DNA of 52,022 bases, the filler included, from Sphacelaria rigidula (taxonomy: Eukaryota), in assembly GCA_964200075.2 (NCBI GenBank). It is 3 parts of 3 records of this genome, joined end to end, with 100 filler letters (N's around TTAATTAATTAA, not from the genome) between each part and the next. Parts side by side here need not be neighbours in the genome. Positions count along the whole stretch, not along the records: positions 1 to 17,275 come from CAXNAA020001123.1; positions 17,376 to 34,649 come from CAXNAA020001124.1; 1 more part is not named here. One strand, written 5' to 3'. Every line of letters begins with the position of its first letter. The first letter of the stretch is position 1. A program made the position numbers and the translations under genes. Shown piece by piece: positions 11,801-25,264 of the stretch. The notes beneath the pieces are model-generated. The model searched no databases. It saw nothing but the letters and a program-made list of their open reading frames with translations, and was not told the DNA's origin.

Positions 11801-12937
11801 TAGGTAGTTCGAAAATGGAGGTGACAGTCGGTACTGTCTCCCCCTCAGAAGTGCGATTATGGCCGCAAGCTTGTTGTGGTTCTGTATTCTGTTGTTGTCG
11901 TGTTGTCCGCGTAATCACGTGTTGTGTCGTGGGTCTTCAGCTTCGATGTTCAAATGTCGGTGATGGTGGGTGCCGTACTGATGCGTAAGAGATTATTCAT
12001 GTCCGTACCCCACACGCGCGAGAGCCACGCATACCATCCGGAGGAGCGGCAGCAGCTGATATATTTCCGTCAAAAGTTTCCGATGCACATGACATCCCGT
12101 CGGGCAACAGGGTGAATTTCACCGCCGCAAAGAAATTCTTCAGCGTGTCTTCAACCGTCCAGCCGAATTCAGGAGTTCCTTGAATCCGTCGTGTTTTTCT
12201 CTTGGCCTGCAGAAATCTCGTGAGTTTGCATCAAGCGCATCATCAACTATTTCATGGATAGTCAATCGTGATCCCAAACCGAAGCAAACGTGTGCGTTGG
12301 AATATCTACACTAATGCGCCCTGTTCCAGCAAGCTCGCGGAAAGTCTCTGCTGAGGGAACCACGCTCACTCAATCCAGGAAGAGCATTGCGGCCCAGTTT
12401 CAGTTCTTGCTTGTGCCTGCTCCGGTTGTACGTGACAGTCGTCTCTGAGTTCTTCTCCCATGCTGCACAGCTGCTGACAAGCTTCGTGTCATCTTGCAGC
12501 ATTCTTAGCGTGGTTGTGACGGTGCGCGTCAAAGTTGTCACACGTTCTCTCGCCGCGTTTTATTGAGAGAAAACTGGGAAACACAGTGTAATGCCACGAT
12601 ATGAGACGCGCCCGATACTGAGGTCAGTACAACTTTATCGCCAAAACCACATCAATCGAACAGAGGCAGAGCCGTGCGTGACCAGGTTGCGATATGCTCA
12701 CACCGGCTGAGTCAGGAATATTTGTGTACTCGAAGGTTCTACAGGCTATTGGTAACACTCGGTCCCGATCTGTAAGTAGCAGATCACGATACGCCCCGAT
12801 ACTTGACGTGCTACCGTAGGCACAATGAATCTCGCAAAGTATTTCGTGGACTGGGGTCCACAGTGCATTTGCCAACTCGTGTGCGTGTCCGCTGGTTGCC
12901 TCTTTTACACATTCCTGTGCCCCCAAAACACGTGCAG

Positions 12938-13075
12938 GGAATGTACAAGGAAGCCGTAGCTGGCCTTGAGAGGGCCTTGGCAATTCGCAAAAAGTCGCTG
13001 GGGGAACATCATGAACACACTGTCGCCACGAAGCGTAAGCTGAATGACTTGAGAAGAACACAGCTTCGTTTATGA
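12938..13075 (+). CDS. Last TPR exon of the NB-ARC-TPR gene, reading through a dead donor to TGA
   Basis: gtgcag|GMYKEAVAGLERALAIRKKSLGEHHEHTVATKRKLNDLRRTQ is exactly 126 nt (12938-13063), followed by CTTCGT, LRL and a stop. Confidence 0.85.
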   Translation, partial: GMYKEAVAGLERALAIRKKSLGEHHEHTVATKRKLNDLRRTQLRL

Positions 13076-13198
13076 GCCAAGGCAGAGGATGGATCGTAGC
13101 TGGCACTGTAGCTCAACATTTACCGTCGAGTCGTACCTTCGCCTCCGACAAGTATCGATCTCCAGGAGGATATGCTGCTCATTGTCAGCATTCTGTAG

Positions 13199-13546
13199 GC
13201 GAAACCTCCTCGATGGTGGCTACGCAGGACGTTCTCAAGTAGACGAAGCCGTAGTGCGAAAGCTGAACACGGAACTCAACATGTCGTTTCTCCGGGCAGA
13301 TGGCACCGAATTCATGAGCATTGGCCAAAGCCTCGAACGGTCGGTGCGAACGTGGATGTTGCCAGCATACATCGCGACTACTTTTCTCGTCCTTGGAGAC
13401 TGGTTCATGAATGCAGAGCTTGGAAGCTCGAGAGCTTTAGTATCAAAAGACGGGTCACGGCATTGTGCGTTGAAACTGCATCCAACGGAGCGCCTCTGTT
13501 GGAATCCGTTTCGGTTCAGCATAAGTTATTGATCGTCGTAAAATGA
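13199..13546 (+). CDS. Probable terminal tail exon of the NB-ARC-TPR gene, possibly orphaned
   Basis: ttctgtag| acceptor; the phase-0 frame is open for 115 codons (AKPPRWWLRRTFSSRRSRS...TQHVVSPGRWHRIHE...). The phase matches the end of the 126-nt exon. Confidence 0.45.
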   Translation, partial: AKPPRWWLRRTFSSRRSRSAKAEHGTQHVVSPGRWHRIHEHWPKPRTVGANVDVASIHRDYFSRPWRLVHECRAWKLESFSIKRRVTALCVETASNGAPLLESVSVQHKLLIVVK

Positions 13547-16500
13547 AGAGGTCGAAAGTTTTCAGTAGTGTTTAGCTCGTATACTAAGTCAGCATATCGC
13601 CAGAGAAGTGAAGAGTTTGGCATGTAGAGTATTAGTATCAACAGTCCGGACACACAGTTTATAGTACGCAAGATTCTTCTTGAGAGATTGGCATGGCCCT
13701 ACCCTGCCACTCTTTGAGGCCTCTCACCTCAAGCGGGCCCACCAGCTTCGCATCAGTTTTCAGTAGAGTAAACACTGATCGTGTTTGATTTGCGTTCGGT
13801 CAAGCGAAGCACCAAGTGAAAACCATATTATTTTTTTTTTCCTGCACGCAGGAAATGTTTCATCGATACTGTGCATCCTCTGCGAACTCTTTCGCTAGAG
13901 CTGGGTTCACGAGTTGAATCGATTGTTCCTGTTTAGTTTGAAACACGGTTGAACAATGTGTACTGTGCACGAGGAACAGTCACACCCCTTTCAACCTCCC
14001 TCTGTGCTGTAAGCAGTTTTGTGCTTGGCGTTTCCTCGTATAACATTATGTCACATGCCTCCCGGAAGCATGATCTGGAACAAGGTATACGGTGCGTCGA
14101 TATGAAATAATGAGGAGGATCCGCTCAACATCACCAAGTGAAGGGTGAAGTTAGGCCGACGGGCCCGCACATTTCCCGCCTCCCAGCTAATTCGTTCGGG
14201 CTACAACCACATCTTACGGATACAAAACACTATTTGAAGAACACTGTTTTGTTGACTTTTTTGCGGAAGAACCACTCACAGACACGTTGAGTTGTGAACG
14301 TCTTGAGCCTGGAGGAGTCCATGTTCCGGAAAAGAAAAAAGTACAAGAGTAGAAAATATTTCGCAGAGATGGTGCTCGTACGCACATATTTACATGTTTG
14401 AGTGCACATGCGTTCCTCTGTAACTTGCACCGGTATTACCATGGGTATTCGTGAAATGAAACCTAGGGCACGAAGTACGTGCAGTTGAAAATCTTCATAT
14501 AGGATGTGGGGGTAGCCGAAGGCCCGCGTGTGGTACGAATGACATCTCTTTCTTTTTTCAGAAATAAAAAGAGAGTTGCATGCTGGTTGAACTTCACACA
14601 GATTCACAATGCTTTTCCAGATCGGAACCTCTTGCCTGTCGTGTTCTGCAGTTGTAAGGCGGAAAATCTACCACGCATATTCGATGTGCTTCGAAGAACT
14701 TTTAATCAAAACCTTGATTGTGGGGACAACGGTATGTCGCCCCCAGTTTACTCTATTTCGACGGAATAACAAACGATATACACTGAAATCGAATCCAACC
14801 CCGACTGAGCAAGAAGGCTGCGCTGACATCGTGACCGGCGGATTTTATCACGTCGCTAGATGGATATTTTTACACTAATTCAGAGCCGTTCCTATCTATA
14901 CAGTTTTTCGGAGATCCCCCCGAGATTTTTGGCGTTTTCGTACATGGCGCTTGGCGCATGGCGTTCTCCGAAAATGAAGCGGTTAAATGATTTAGCCAAG
15001 CCTTCACGTGTGGCGTACGCCGAATATTTCGGACCACAGCGCTATACTCGGCAGAGCTGCCCCAAGCGAAGGGCTACTTGATGTGACCTACGGGTATTCC
15101 AACGAGAGGAGAGGGTGTCCGTTTGTAACGGTCACGGACACGCCTCCGTACGCGCCGTGGTTGCATTACCCGGCGTGACCCTGGGTTATACTCTACGTGA
15201 ACAAGAACGAGTTAAGAGCTTTTCATGTCAATGTACTGACGAGGCAATCTTAACCATTGTTGATAGCACCGCGACTAGTCTAGGCGCCGTGATTGTTAAC
15301 CGAGGATTTGTTTTTCAACGGAAAGTCGGGGAAGGCCCGGCACGGGCGTGATTCGTGCGCAACAGACATGGCACGGGCACATTGCATTTCAACTCCCAGC
15401 GGCCGTCATATGAGCTCGATTCCTCGAACACTCTAGTTCGATCCCTCCGAACCGTGGTCACGGGGTGCAAGGAGTATACCACCCATAACAGTAATAGCGA
15501 GACTTGACAGAGGAAGTCTTCAAACGAAAGCGATAATCAAGAAGAACGAGTCCGAAAAAACGATCGAACTACGAGGAACTTACTGCAAGCTGAAAAATTG
15601 CCGGTGTGCGATCTAGATGCCCAACTTGCCACCCACTGCTGTATAGACGTGTAGTGACAGCAGACGCATGAAATCGAAATGTCGCAGGGAACACGAACCA
15701 ACCCCTAATAGACGTAGTGATGCTGGACAAGATCCCAGGTTCAAGGAAGTAAGAAAATGGCTTCATCACCGAAGCATCAGCTGTCACATCAACTGACCTG
15801 ACTCAACATCAATATCAAGCGACTTGATCACCCTATACGAGTACTACTAGTTCAAAGCAACTTTCCTGAGCTAATCTAAGTTCGAGAAACTTGATCTTCC
15901 CGCCCAAATATAAGATAAATCATGTTTTCACCAGCTACATGTAGAACTCAGGACACTCCTCCCCCACCCACCTCCCCCTCTTGGCCCCAAAAGCGCCGGA
16001 AAGAAAAAGAGTAGCCACGGTTGGTGGAAATCGATTTCACCACGTTTCTGTACGAGCAAAGAAAGATGAAGCTCAGGCACAGAAGACGACAGAACGCCGA
16101 AAGAAACGGAGCCCAAGATGAGGAGACACGAAGCCGCTGAACAGTCACAGATACTGCCAAAAGCTGACGTGAATGATGTCAGATGTGAAGTCGGTAATGT
16201 TTGAATGTAGGCATCTGGTTTTGGAACGCATCGCAGTAGAAAGAAGGTAGGCAAGGGCCAGAGTAAAGGAACGACGAGACGTGAACAAGCATGGAGGCTA
16301 GCGACTGCACTAAGGAATCTTGAAAGCAAGAAAAAAAGTCACCGATAAAAGCAAGCATTGATGAAGGTGGGAGAGGGCAGAAAGAAAATGGGACTAAACG
16401 ACACTTTCTACGACAGTCCTCCCCCCCCAAAAGTGCAACTTTTTCATCAAAATCTACGAATCACGTGTTTTGAGCGGAGCACAAATTGGTCGAGTTCGCC

Positions 16501-17275
16501 AAGAAATGTAGCGTTCAGTATGAAAACGGTGTTTGCGTAGGCGTTTACGAATTCTGACAATGTGGGACGTACGTACAGAAAAACGGTACGGTGTCTGTCC
16601 TTGTTTCCCAGCTGCAGTGCCGCTGCCAGTAGTGAAGTTGGCCATCGCAGCTAGGTTGCCGCACACACGAGTACAGATACCATCACCAGCAACAAATAGC
16701 ATTAATCTAGCAGCGGCCGACTGGTATATGCAGCACAAGTAGGGAGAAGTAGGCACGAACTAGCGCGTTTCGCAGAGGATCGATCGACTGCTGGTTTATG
16801 GTCCTTTTGAACCAAGGTCACGTGGTTTCAGAACAACCTCATCGCACCATCGTATCAGCCTATCATAAATCCCTCCAAATGTTGCCATTGTTACCACCTC
16901 AATAACGTGTTTCCAACTAACACATATTCAACAGCAAATTGTGCGAATTGAGGTTCAACTCTGAATTGAGGCCCAAGTGGGCAACTCCACTTGCGCACTG
17001 TTTGTAGCAGAAGTACCGAGGACAAGCTCTTATTCGGAAGAAGTAACCTGTGGAGGTGAACCCGAAACGCGTCATGTTCCGTATGTCGAAGAATCGAGAG
17101 AAGTTAGTCGGGTGAACACTCTTGTTCCTCTACATCACGGGGGAAAAGGTGGCAGCGCACGGATTCCATGTCTTGCGCGAGGAACAGCATCCTGATCATG
17201 CCCGACAGGGTGGAGGGGGTGGGGGTGCTCGTCAGGCATGACTAAGACGGGCACCGTTCGTGTCTTGGTATCGAT

Positions 17276-17375
17276 NNNNNNNNNNNNNNNNNNNNNNNNN
17301 NNNNNNNNNNNNNNNNNNNTTAATTAATTAANNNNNNNNNNNNNNNNNNNNNNNNNNNNNNNNNNNNNNNNNNNN
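17276..17375. other. Assembly linker (44 N + TTAATTAATTAA + 44 N)
   Basis: Symmetric 100-nt spacer with six-frame stops; the same structure occurs at 34650. Confidence 0.95.
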
Positions 17376-17489
17376 CGCGCCGCTTTTTGTGCTTATTTTA
17401 TGATTTTTTTCACAGGAAAAAAATAAATAAATCCGCTCCTTTAAACGGGCTTTTTTTTTTTTTCCCAACTATTTTACTTTTTTCATTGT

Positions 17490-18090
17490 TTTTCCGGGAT
17501 CCCAGTTTTGTCCGAAAAACTTGATCCAGTCGGACCCCCGTAAAACGGTTGAAAACAAAAAAAAAACTCGTCCTTCCAAAATTGCGTAATGACCCATAGA
17601 ACACCTGTGCAAAATTTCAGGGTCTAACTCCTCAAAACGCCGTGAAGTTTTTTGCGTTTGTGCGATGAACCTTGCTGTGCCACGGAACAACGGCAAACTA
17701 CTAGATTTTGGTATGAAAATGGCGTTTTTTCGACGTGAACATGAAAATTCAAGCACCAGGTGATGGATTTTGGCCACGAAACGTTGTGGGGTTCTTCCTT
17801 GGGTGTGCAGCGGCAAAGCGTTCGCGAAAAAAATGAAGAAAAAGACTTTCGTGCCGGTTTTCCGGGGTTCCAGAATGGACGACCTCGAAAAAACGACTCG
17901 GATCCCGTCGGACCCCCGAAAAACGGTAAATAAATCCAGAAATAGAAGAACCTCGTTGATCGAAACTTGCGTGATGATTTATAGCGCATTTGTGCAAAGT
18001 TTCAGGGTCAAACTCCTGAAATGCGTCAAGATTGCGCGTATGTGCGAGGATGTGAGCCCAAAACGTGCAAACTCCTAACTACTTGGTTTG
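17490..18090. repeat. Dispersed repeat with two ~220-bp internal direct subunits
   Basis: GTCGGACCCCCG...GTGCAAA.TTTCAGGGTC.AACTCCT occurs at ~17530 and ~17905; a related copy lies at ~37790-38090. Confidence 0.6.
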
Positions 18091-19172
18091 AGTATAAAAC
18101 ATCTTTTCGGGTGAATTTTACGTCGAGGAAGGAGAAATTGTATGAGATTTTCGAGTTTCTCCACAAAAAAATTGTACATGTGTTCCTTGGACCATCCTGG
18201 GACGCATCATGAATTATTTTTTCTTTTGAGTCATTATGTACCGCCTTTCGGAGATCTTTGTACTGGGACCCCCAGAAGCCGGTAGAGAACGGAGAAACCT
18301 TGAACCCTTACCAAGAACAAATTTTTTCCATTTGGAGCATCGATACCTACGGAACTGTCATGTTTGAGGATGATCTGAGCTTTTCTACAACAGATATAAG
18401 GGAAATCGTCACGAGGCTCCCTGAGTCTTTCCTGCGTATCGACGACGACAAACTCCACATCACCGAGACATTACGTTTTCGGGTATACTTCGACCCCATT
18501 GGAACCGTTTTTAAATCCTATTCTCCCGTTAGATTCTTGAAGTGATGACGGTCACTACGGTTTGAACCATGTGGAGATTCGGTGGAAATTGGGCTTGGAA
18601 TTCGTATTTTAAAATTTCGGAACAGTTTTATAAACGCTGATTGGTCGAAACACATTTTTGTCCATAGCGCCACCGCTATAGCCCTAAACAATAATCCGGC
18701 TATGTCACCCTCTTCGTCTATTCATTGCGGTCAGTATGATACCATGTATGCGACTATTGAGTTCGTGTTGCCGAAGGCATTTGCTGATGACAGGATTTGT
18801 TTTTTTTTCTGTGAACCTGCCTGTATACTAAAGTCTACATGAAATCCCGAACGATATATACAGCGGATGATGACGAGTTTTGGTGTACACGTTCCCTGGA
18901 GCACCGGGAAACGAGCGACACCCTCACTTTTGTTTAATTCGTTATCTATCTCGAGATATGGCGCACATAAGGTTCTATACGAAAGTCAATATATTTCGAG
19001 CAGAGGCACTCAATGTACTGAATCTGGATATTGAGTCTCAGTTTTTGAGATTTGTGCTTGGAGAGACTCACCAGTGCATAATGAAAAAAAACATCGTTTT
19101 TCGTTTTTCTCAGTTTTTTTTTTCAGTTTTTCTTTCTTCTTTGTTTTTTCGGGGTAATTATCAGGAAAAATT

Positions 19173-20871
19173 CAAGGTTGTTTTCTGTAGGGTACGGTTT
19201 TCTCCACGTATACCCGGGGTATTTTGCCAGGAATTTACCGTACTTGCCAATTCTGTGACTTCTGTAAGACTTTCATACCGGTACCCGACATTTCTGTAAT
19301 CTATGTAAGACTTACCCTTACCCGATACTTCTGTAATCTCTGTAAGACTCCCGTACCGTTACCGGGGCGCACGAGTACGCTCTTCATAAGATACCTGATT
19401 GCAGGCACGGTTTTCTGTGCAACCTCCATACCCTACCCGACAGTTTCTGTGAGTTCCGTACATAATATTTACCCGTACTCGGAGCGCGGGTATGCTCTTG
19501 AAGAAGTAACCGATTGCCAGTACCGGTTTTCTGTAAGCCTCCGGCACCGTACCCGACAAGTTGTGTAATTTCTGTGAGACTTTCACCCAGTACCGGTACT
19601 CGACAGTTCTGTGAGCTCTGTAAGCCTCCCATACCCCTACCCGGGGTTCGGGTATACCGCTATAGATATACCCGATTCCAATTATGAGCACAGGTATATA
19701 CCTTGGGGAGGTACGGATACAGGTTCAATCCAAACACAACCTCATGACCTGAACATGCGCCTCCCATCGATCAACCCACCCAATTCCTTCATTCAAAACT
19801 GCACACCAACAATAGTTCAGTGTTGAAAAGTTCTTCAGTTTGAGATCTGACGGGATACGAGGTACCGCTGAGTGGAAACACGAAACATGATTAGCCCCGC
19901 AGACCATCAGATTTGATCACCCCCAGACTCGCGCGTGGTAGCTCGAGCGGGGGTGGTTTATCTGCGCCACCAGAGGATCAAGTAGCAAGACGCACGTCAT
20001 CGACGTTGATGGTGGTTGTGTCGTGGTCATCAAACCCCAGGCCATTATCGACATGTACAGCACACAGTATATGAGCTGCCACCGAAAGTCATCAAGGCCG
20101 TCGGCGATTTTGTCGCGTGCCGAAGGGCTTCCAGAGAACGGGCAGCCGTGAATCCTCCTCCATGTACTCTCTGAGAGTGTACGTGAAACCGACAGATGTT
20201 GACGATCCACATCCTACTGTGATTTTTCGTGTAGTCTTTCTCCATCAACCCCGTGAAAGCCGTTGAGAGTTGTCGTGTGCTGTCATCTGTATTTCGCCGC
20301 TGTTGTGGTCACGTAGGTCCCACCACAGGGGCGATGATAATACCAAGGTCGTGTTGTGTAGGGTACGGTTTTCTGTATACCCGGGGTATTTTGCCGGGTA
20401 TTTACCGTACCCGACAGTTCTGTGAACTCTGTAAGATTTTCATACCGGTACCCGATAGTTCTGTGAGTTCTGTAAGCCTTCCGTACCGTCACCGGGTATG
20501 CTCTTTATAAGGTACCCGGTTGCGGGTACGGTTGTCTGTGCAACCTCCATAACCTACCCGACAGTTTGTGTGAGTTCTGTGAGCCTCCCATATACTTACC
20601 CGATAGTTCTGTGAGTTCTGTACAAATACTTCGCCCTAGCCTGACGGCGGGTATGCCCTGAAAGAGTTACCCGATTGCCGGTACCGATTTTCTGTAAGCC
20701 TCCCGTACCGTACCCGACAAGTTCTGTGATTTCTGTTCGACTTTCATACCGTTACCCGACAGTTCTGTGAACTCTGTAAGATCGTCATACCGGTACCCGA
20801 CAGTTCTGTGAGTTCTGTATGGAATCTCACACCCTACAGAACGTACCCGTACCTTACAGAACACAACTTCG
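19173..20871. mobile_element. Composite non-autonomous TIR element with 8-bp TSD (P- or hAT-like)
   Basis: TSD GAAAAATT at 19165-19172 and 20872-20879. Imperfect TIRs CAAGGTTGTTTTCTGTAGGGTACGG / CCGTACCTTACAGAACACAACTTCG. Internal GTACCCGACAGTTCTGTGA subrepeats and a second left end at 20344. Confidence 0.8.
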
Positions 20872-21494
20872 GAAAAATTGACAATGCTGTCGGACCTCAT
20901 CTCAGTTTTTCAGCTCAATCTGAAGAGTTGAGATTTGAAACCTATCATGGTGACTCGGGAAGTCATGCCGAGAAAGAAAATAGATATGACATCTTGTTTT
21001 TGGAGAGGAATGAGTGTTCTCATGAAATTATGGTGTTTACTATACTAAAACGTCCTAAAAAAGTGAATATATATATATACATCAACATTTCCCACTTTTT
21101 TGGTTGGTTATGGCCTAGCGAGGTCCCAGACAAAGATTCAAAACACAAGTACCGAACCTGGGCCGGTAAACAGCCTGGAAAATATTGTTCCGAATTTCCA
21201 CCGACCCGGTTTCTGATCGCCCCGTCTCGCCTGTAGCCAAATGATACCAAGCCGTGAGGTTTCAGTATAATCGCATGCATGATTGGAGCTGTGGCAGGGG
21301 ACAGGGGATCCTGGATTGATGGCCTTTTTTGTGTGGACCCTTGCTGTCTGGCTCGTGATCTGTTGATCACTCCGTGATAATAACAAGCTGGAAGAAACGA
21401 CTTGTCGGGCACGAGGCCAGTGATACTGGAGGAGTCCCTCGCTGGAAGCCCTCTTGTCCAGACCGTCTGGAAGAGGCTAAACACCTCAATTTTA

Positions 21495-21714
21495 CGAGTT
21501 GGACTTTGATATTTGGTACGGAGGAAGAATAGGGCATGCGAAAACGCTGTCGGTCGGGCCGTGCAGATTTGTTGCATTTCGTGAGTCAACGGTATTTTTC
21601 GAATATCATTACAATTAACTCACGAAAAAATAAAATCCGTATGTCCCGATCGACAGTGTTTTCGCATGCCCCATTCCTATTCTTCCTCCGCACCAAATTT
21701 CAAAGTCCAACTCG
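21495..21714. mobile_element. Palindromic MITE, TA target
   Basis: TA|CGAGTTGGACTTTGA...TCAAAGTCCAACTCG|TA with ~70-bp inverted arms. Confidence 0.8.
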
Positions 21715-22167
21715 TAACATCCAGGGTAGACGGGGTCGGCAAACCACAAATTCGCGCCTAGGCCGGCCCAGCTCGTATCATGGTTTATTTCCTATTTTCC
21801 CACAGATTCTCTCTTTTTGTCCTCATCATGTATAAAGTGGCGACCATTATGTTCCGTGTAGTCACTAAAGCGCGAACGTTAATATGGCATAGCACACGAC
21901 GACATGTAACGAAGGTAGGGTCATGAATCAGAAAAAGATCTTGCAGAGCTCAGCAACGCCACTAGCTCAGGTTGTAGCTGTAAGAGGTGTGAGCTAGTGT
22001 CTTGAGCGCAAGCGTGGGGGCGTGCATTATTACATGTACACTGCATTATGGGCCATACTTGTACACAAGTGCTAAAAGGGCGACGAAGTGTAAATAAGCT
22101 CCCGTGATATCCAACTTGGATTTTGCCAAAGCAGCGCCGTTGGAAATATGTTAAGTTGCATCGCTAA

Positions 22168-24617
22168 GACTACTTTGTATGGCAGGCAATCCCCAATCTG
22201 GCTGGACCCGAATCTGTGCCAAATCGGGCGGACCTAGATTCATGAAACTCAGATTGATTTGTTAAAATTATTCTGTACACGAACAGTCATTTTCTGGGCG
22301 GGTGTGGTATCACAGTGAAGCCGAAGAAAAGGCAGGCAGTGAATCATCCTTCAAGAGCAGCGTCGTACCGTGGTACTTTAGGGTACGATGTAGTGCAGTA
22401 CACTGCACAATCACAGTACAGTACACGATAATGCCGTGTGGTAATACATGATGGTACAGTCGGTATTGCGGGAATAGTGCACAGTCTGCGACAAGAGTTC
22501 ACGAGTGCAGTGTCATTCATCACCGTGCAACAATCGCGGCAGCAGTGTAGGATAGTACAGTACCGTTCGTTATGATAATACATACAGGAGCACAGTTCAG
22601 CGTGAAATTTTGCCATCACCGCAGGGTACGGCGTCAACACTTCTTGTCCGCTTGTGAAACCCTGTGCGGAGCTGCTCCAGCAGCCGGCGCTCGCAGACAC
22701 TGTCTGTGCTGTCACCAGACCGTCTGCTGCTGTAGTCGCAAAAATACCACACCCTGGACAATACAATATCTTTTCAATATATATTAGCCGATCGTATTGG
22801 AATTTTGTGATATATTGCCGGTGCAATATATATGGGCACCCTTAGACTGCACATGTATTGCGCACCCAATACGTATTGATGTCGTGGGATTGCATACATA
22901 TTGCCCGCCCAATATATATTGCTACTATTGGGTTGAATACATATTGTCCCATCAATATATATTGGGGCAGCGTGGACGACAGCATATTGCACGACCAATT
23001 TATATTAGGGTCGCATTAATGAGAACATATTGACCGGTCAATATATACATTGGGTCTCAAAGTATGGTGTACGCTTCAAGAGAGATCCAGACGTGGTGGA
23101 TGCCGGAGCCCGTACAGATTGGGAAAAGCTTCGAAGGGAGCCGCAGAAGTTCGCGTGCATTCCTCCGAAAAGTTGTCGAATGCGTTTGATATACATATAT
23201 ATATATATATATGTATGTGTGTATTCTGGTCAGAAAATATGGTGACAGAAGAGGCGACCCGGTATTTATGCCTCCTGATACCTATCTGACCACCGGTTTG
23301 GGGCCGCCCATCCCCTTTCCAGCATGTAATATAAATATCTTGGTTAAACATCACGACGACAGAAAACGCGGGTCGATATGCGCCTTTTGGTACCCCTCTG
23401 GTCACCGGGGCTGTGTTGCTTATACCCTGGACAATATAATATGTTCCAATATGATAACAATACTTCGTATTGGAGCCAGTGCAAATATTGTCCCTTCAAC
23501 ATATATTGTGTTGAGATGTCCTCGGAGATATTAAAGCAACAACATATATTGCTCGTGTCATGATCATGAAGTAATGTATGACAATATGTATATTGGACAT
23601 GCAGTTGCTCCGAGAATAAAACATTCAGTATATGTTGTGCATGCCGGCCGTGTGTGTATTGAAGTGTCAATGTATATTGAGTCGAGGCGATACGTAGCAT
23701 ATTGTTACCACAATATATATTGAACGCAAACCATGCAGAAGCATTATTTTTCCAATATATATTGCGCACGCTGATCGGATAGCTATTGTGCAGCCAATAT
23801 ATATTGAACACGCTTGCGGAGGAATACATTGAGCGTTTTCGGCATGTAAAATATGTCTTTGAATGGCGCCCACGAACATAGAACTGCCCACCATACTAAT
23901 TCCAAAACACTTTCCAATCTATACGTTGAAAATCAATATATTTTGCTACACCAACATGTATTGTGACCGTCGGTTCCCTCGTGTATTGTCCGCCCAATAT
24001 ATATTGGACGCATCGACGCACGACATATTGGGGCGGCAATATATATTGGCGCTTCGGGTGTCAAGTATATTTAATCGTCAATATATATTGACCTCGGGTG
24101 GCAGCCAATATATATTACAAATATATTTATGTTGGTGCCTTCTCGCCCCAACATATTTCTCGGCCAATATATATTGAGGTGGCGCGTGTCGTGATATATT
24201 GTTCGGTCGATATATATTGCATGTCTCGAGCCTTGATATATTGATGGCACAATAGATATTGATCCTCTCTCGTGTCATCATATTGCTCGCCCAACATATA
24301 TTGACCACCCGACGCGTTGATATATTGAGCGAGCAATATATATTACATATTGTATTGTCCAGGGTGTGAAAAATACCAAACGCCTGTTGCCCCACCATTG
24401 TACGTCAACATACGTACGTCAGTCGCTCCAGATTCGGGGAACCTCGATTTTCCACGGATCTGGGCGCAGATTCGTGTAAAACCGTTCTCAAATCGTGACA
24501 AACGAATCTGAGCTTCCTCGATTTGTGCCGATTTGGGGTCCATACAATGCATTTCCAGATCTGAGGTCCCCTGATCTGCGTTCAGATCCGTTTTTTCGAC
24601 TGCCATACAAAGTGGTC
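22168..24617. mobile_element. PIF/Harbinger-like non-autonomous element (TAA TSD) hosting a nested insertion
   Basis: TAA|GACTACTTTGTATGGCAG ... CTGCCATACAAAGTGGTC|TAA. Confidence 0.7.
22748..24368. mobile_element. ATATATTG-rich non-autonomous TIR element with 8-bp TSD (hAT/P-like)
   Basis: Perfect 22-bp TIR CACACCCTGGACAATACAATAT. TSD AAAAATAC at 22740-22747 and 24369-24376. An extra internal left end lies at 23421. Confidence 0.85.
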
Positions 24618-25264
24618 TAATCAAGCGGTTCTATCGATTGGGTTGGGCGGCCGCTGGCTATCGAGATAATTACTCACCTCGTCGTCGATGTTTTAATTCG
24701 AGACCAAACTGATCCATCCCGAACTCCCAAATACCCGTGCCACCGCTTTCGGCGCTGCCGTGCTTTCAACGGGAGCGTTCAACAGGCAGGTATTGTCTGC
24801 GCCGTGGGGAACGCACCAATATCGATATCTGACAGAAGTACCCGGCACACGCGTCATGGCAACCGGTGCTGAACTGTGAGTGTACCCAGCGATCTCGAAA
24901 AACTGCGACAACCCGTTCGTAGAGCCATCTGGAAGTGTCTACTGAGTTTTGAAGCGTTTGGGGAGGATATGCACTTCCCCAGCATCTGCTAGCTGTTGTG
25001 ATATAGCCTCGTTTCTTCATTCTACTTGCCTGCTGATTAGGTCCGATGGCGCCGTCACTGCAGAGCTGCGTCTCGATACACTGTGGTGGAAATGCAACGG
25101 TGCCCTCATGTTCTGTAGCTGCGAAATAAGTAGATCAAGTACTTGATGGAAGCTCCCCTTCATTTCTATCGCGGGAGTGCGTCAGACACGCCGCACTGTC
25201 GGGCAGGCGGCACTTGAACTTGCCAGTTCACTCGCAATCCTGAGGTTTTCCCGGGCACTACTGA

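Larger units (their letters stand above)
18550..21775. mobile_element. Mariner-like repeat family copy split by nested insertions
   Basis: Homologous to 10523-11800, broken at 19172 and resuming at 20872. The right end AGGCCGGCCCAGCTCG|TA mirrors the left end at 33684. The left boundary is approximate. Confidence 0.55.

Noticed and set aside
12582-12865. CACAGTG heptamers (RSS-like) upstream of the last TPR exon, and CACAGCG in the cassette leader
   Set aside because: No ACAAAAACC nonamer at 12/23 spacing, and the heptamer also occurs at unrelated places (~4014, ~22312).
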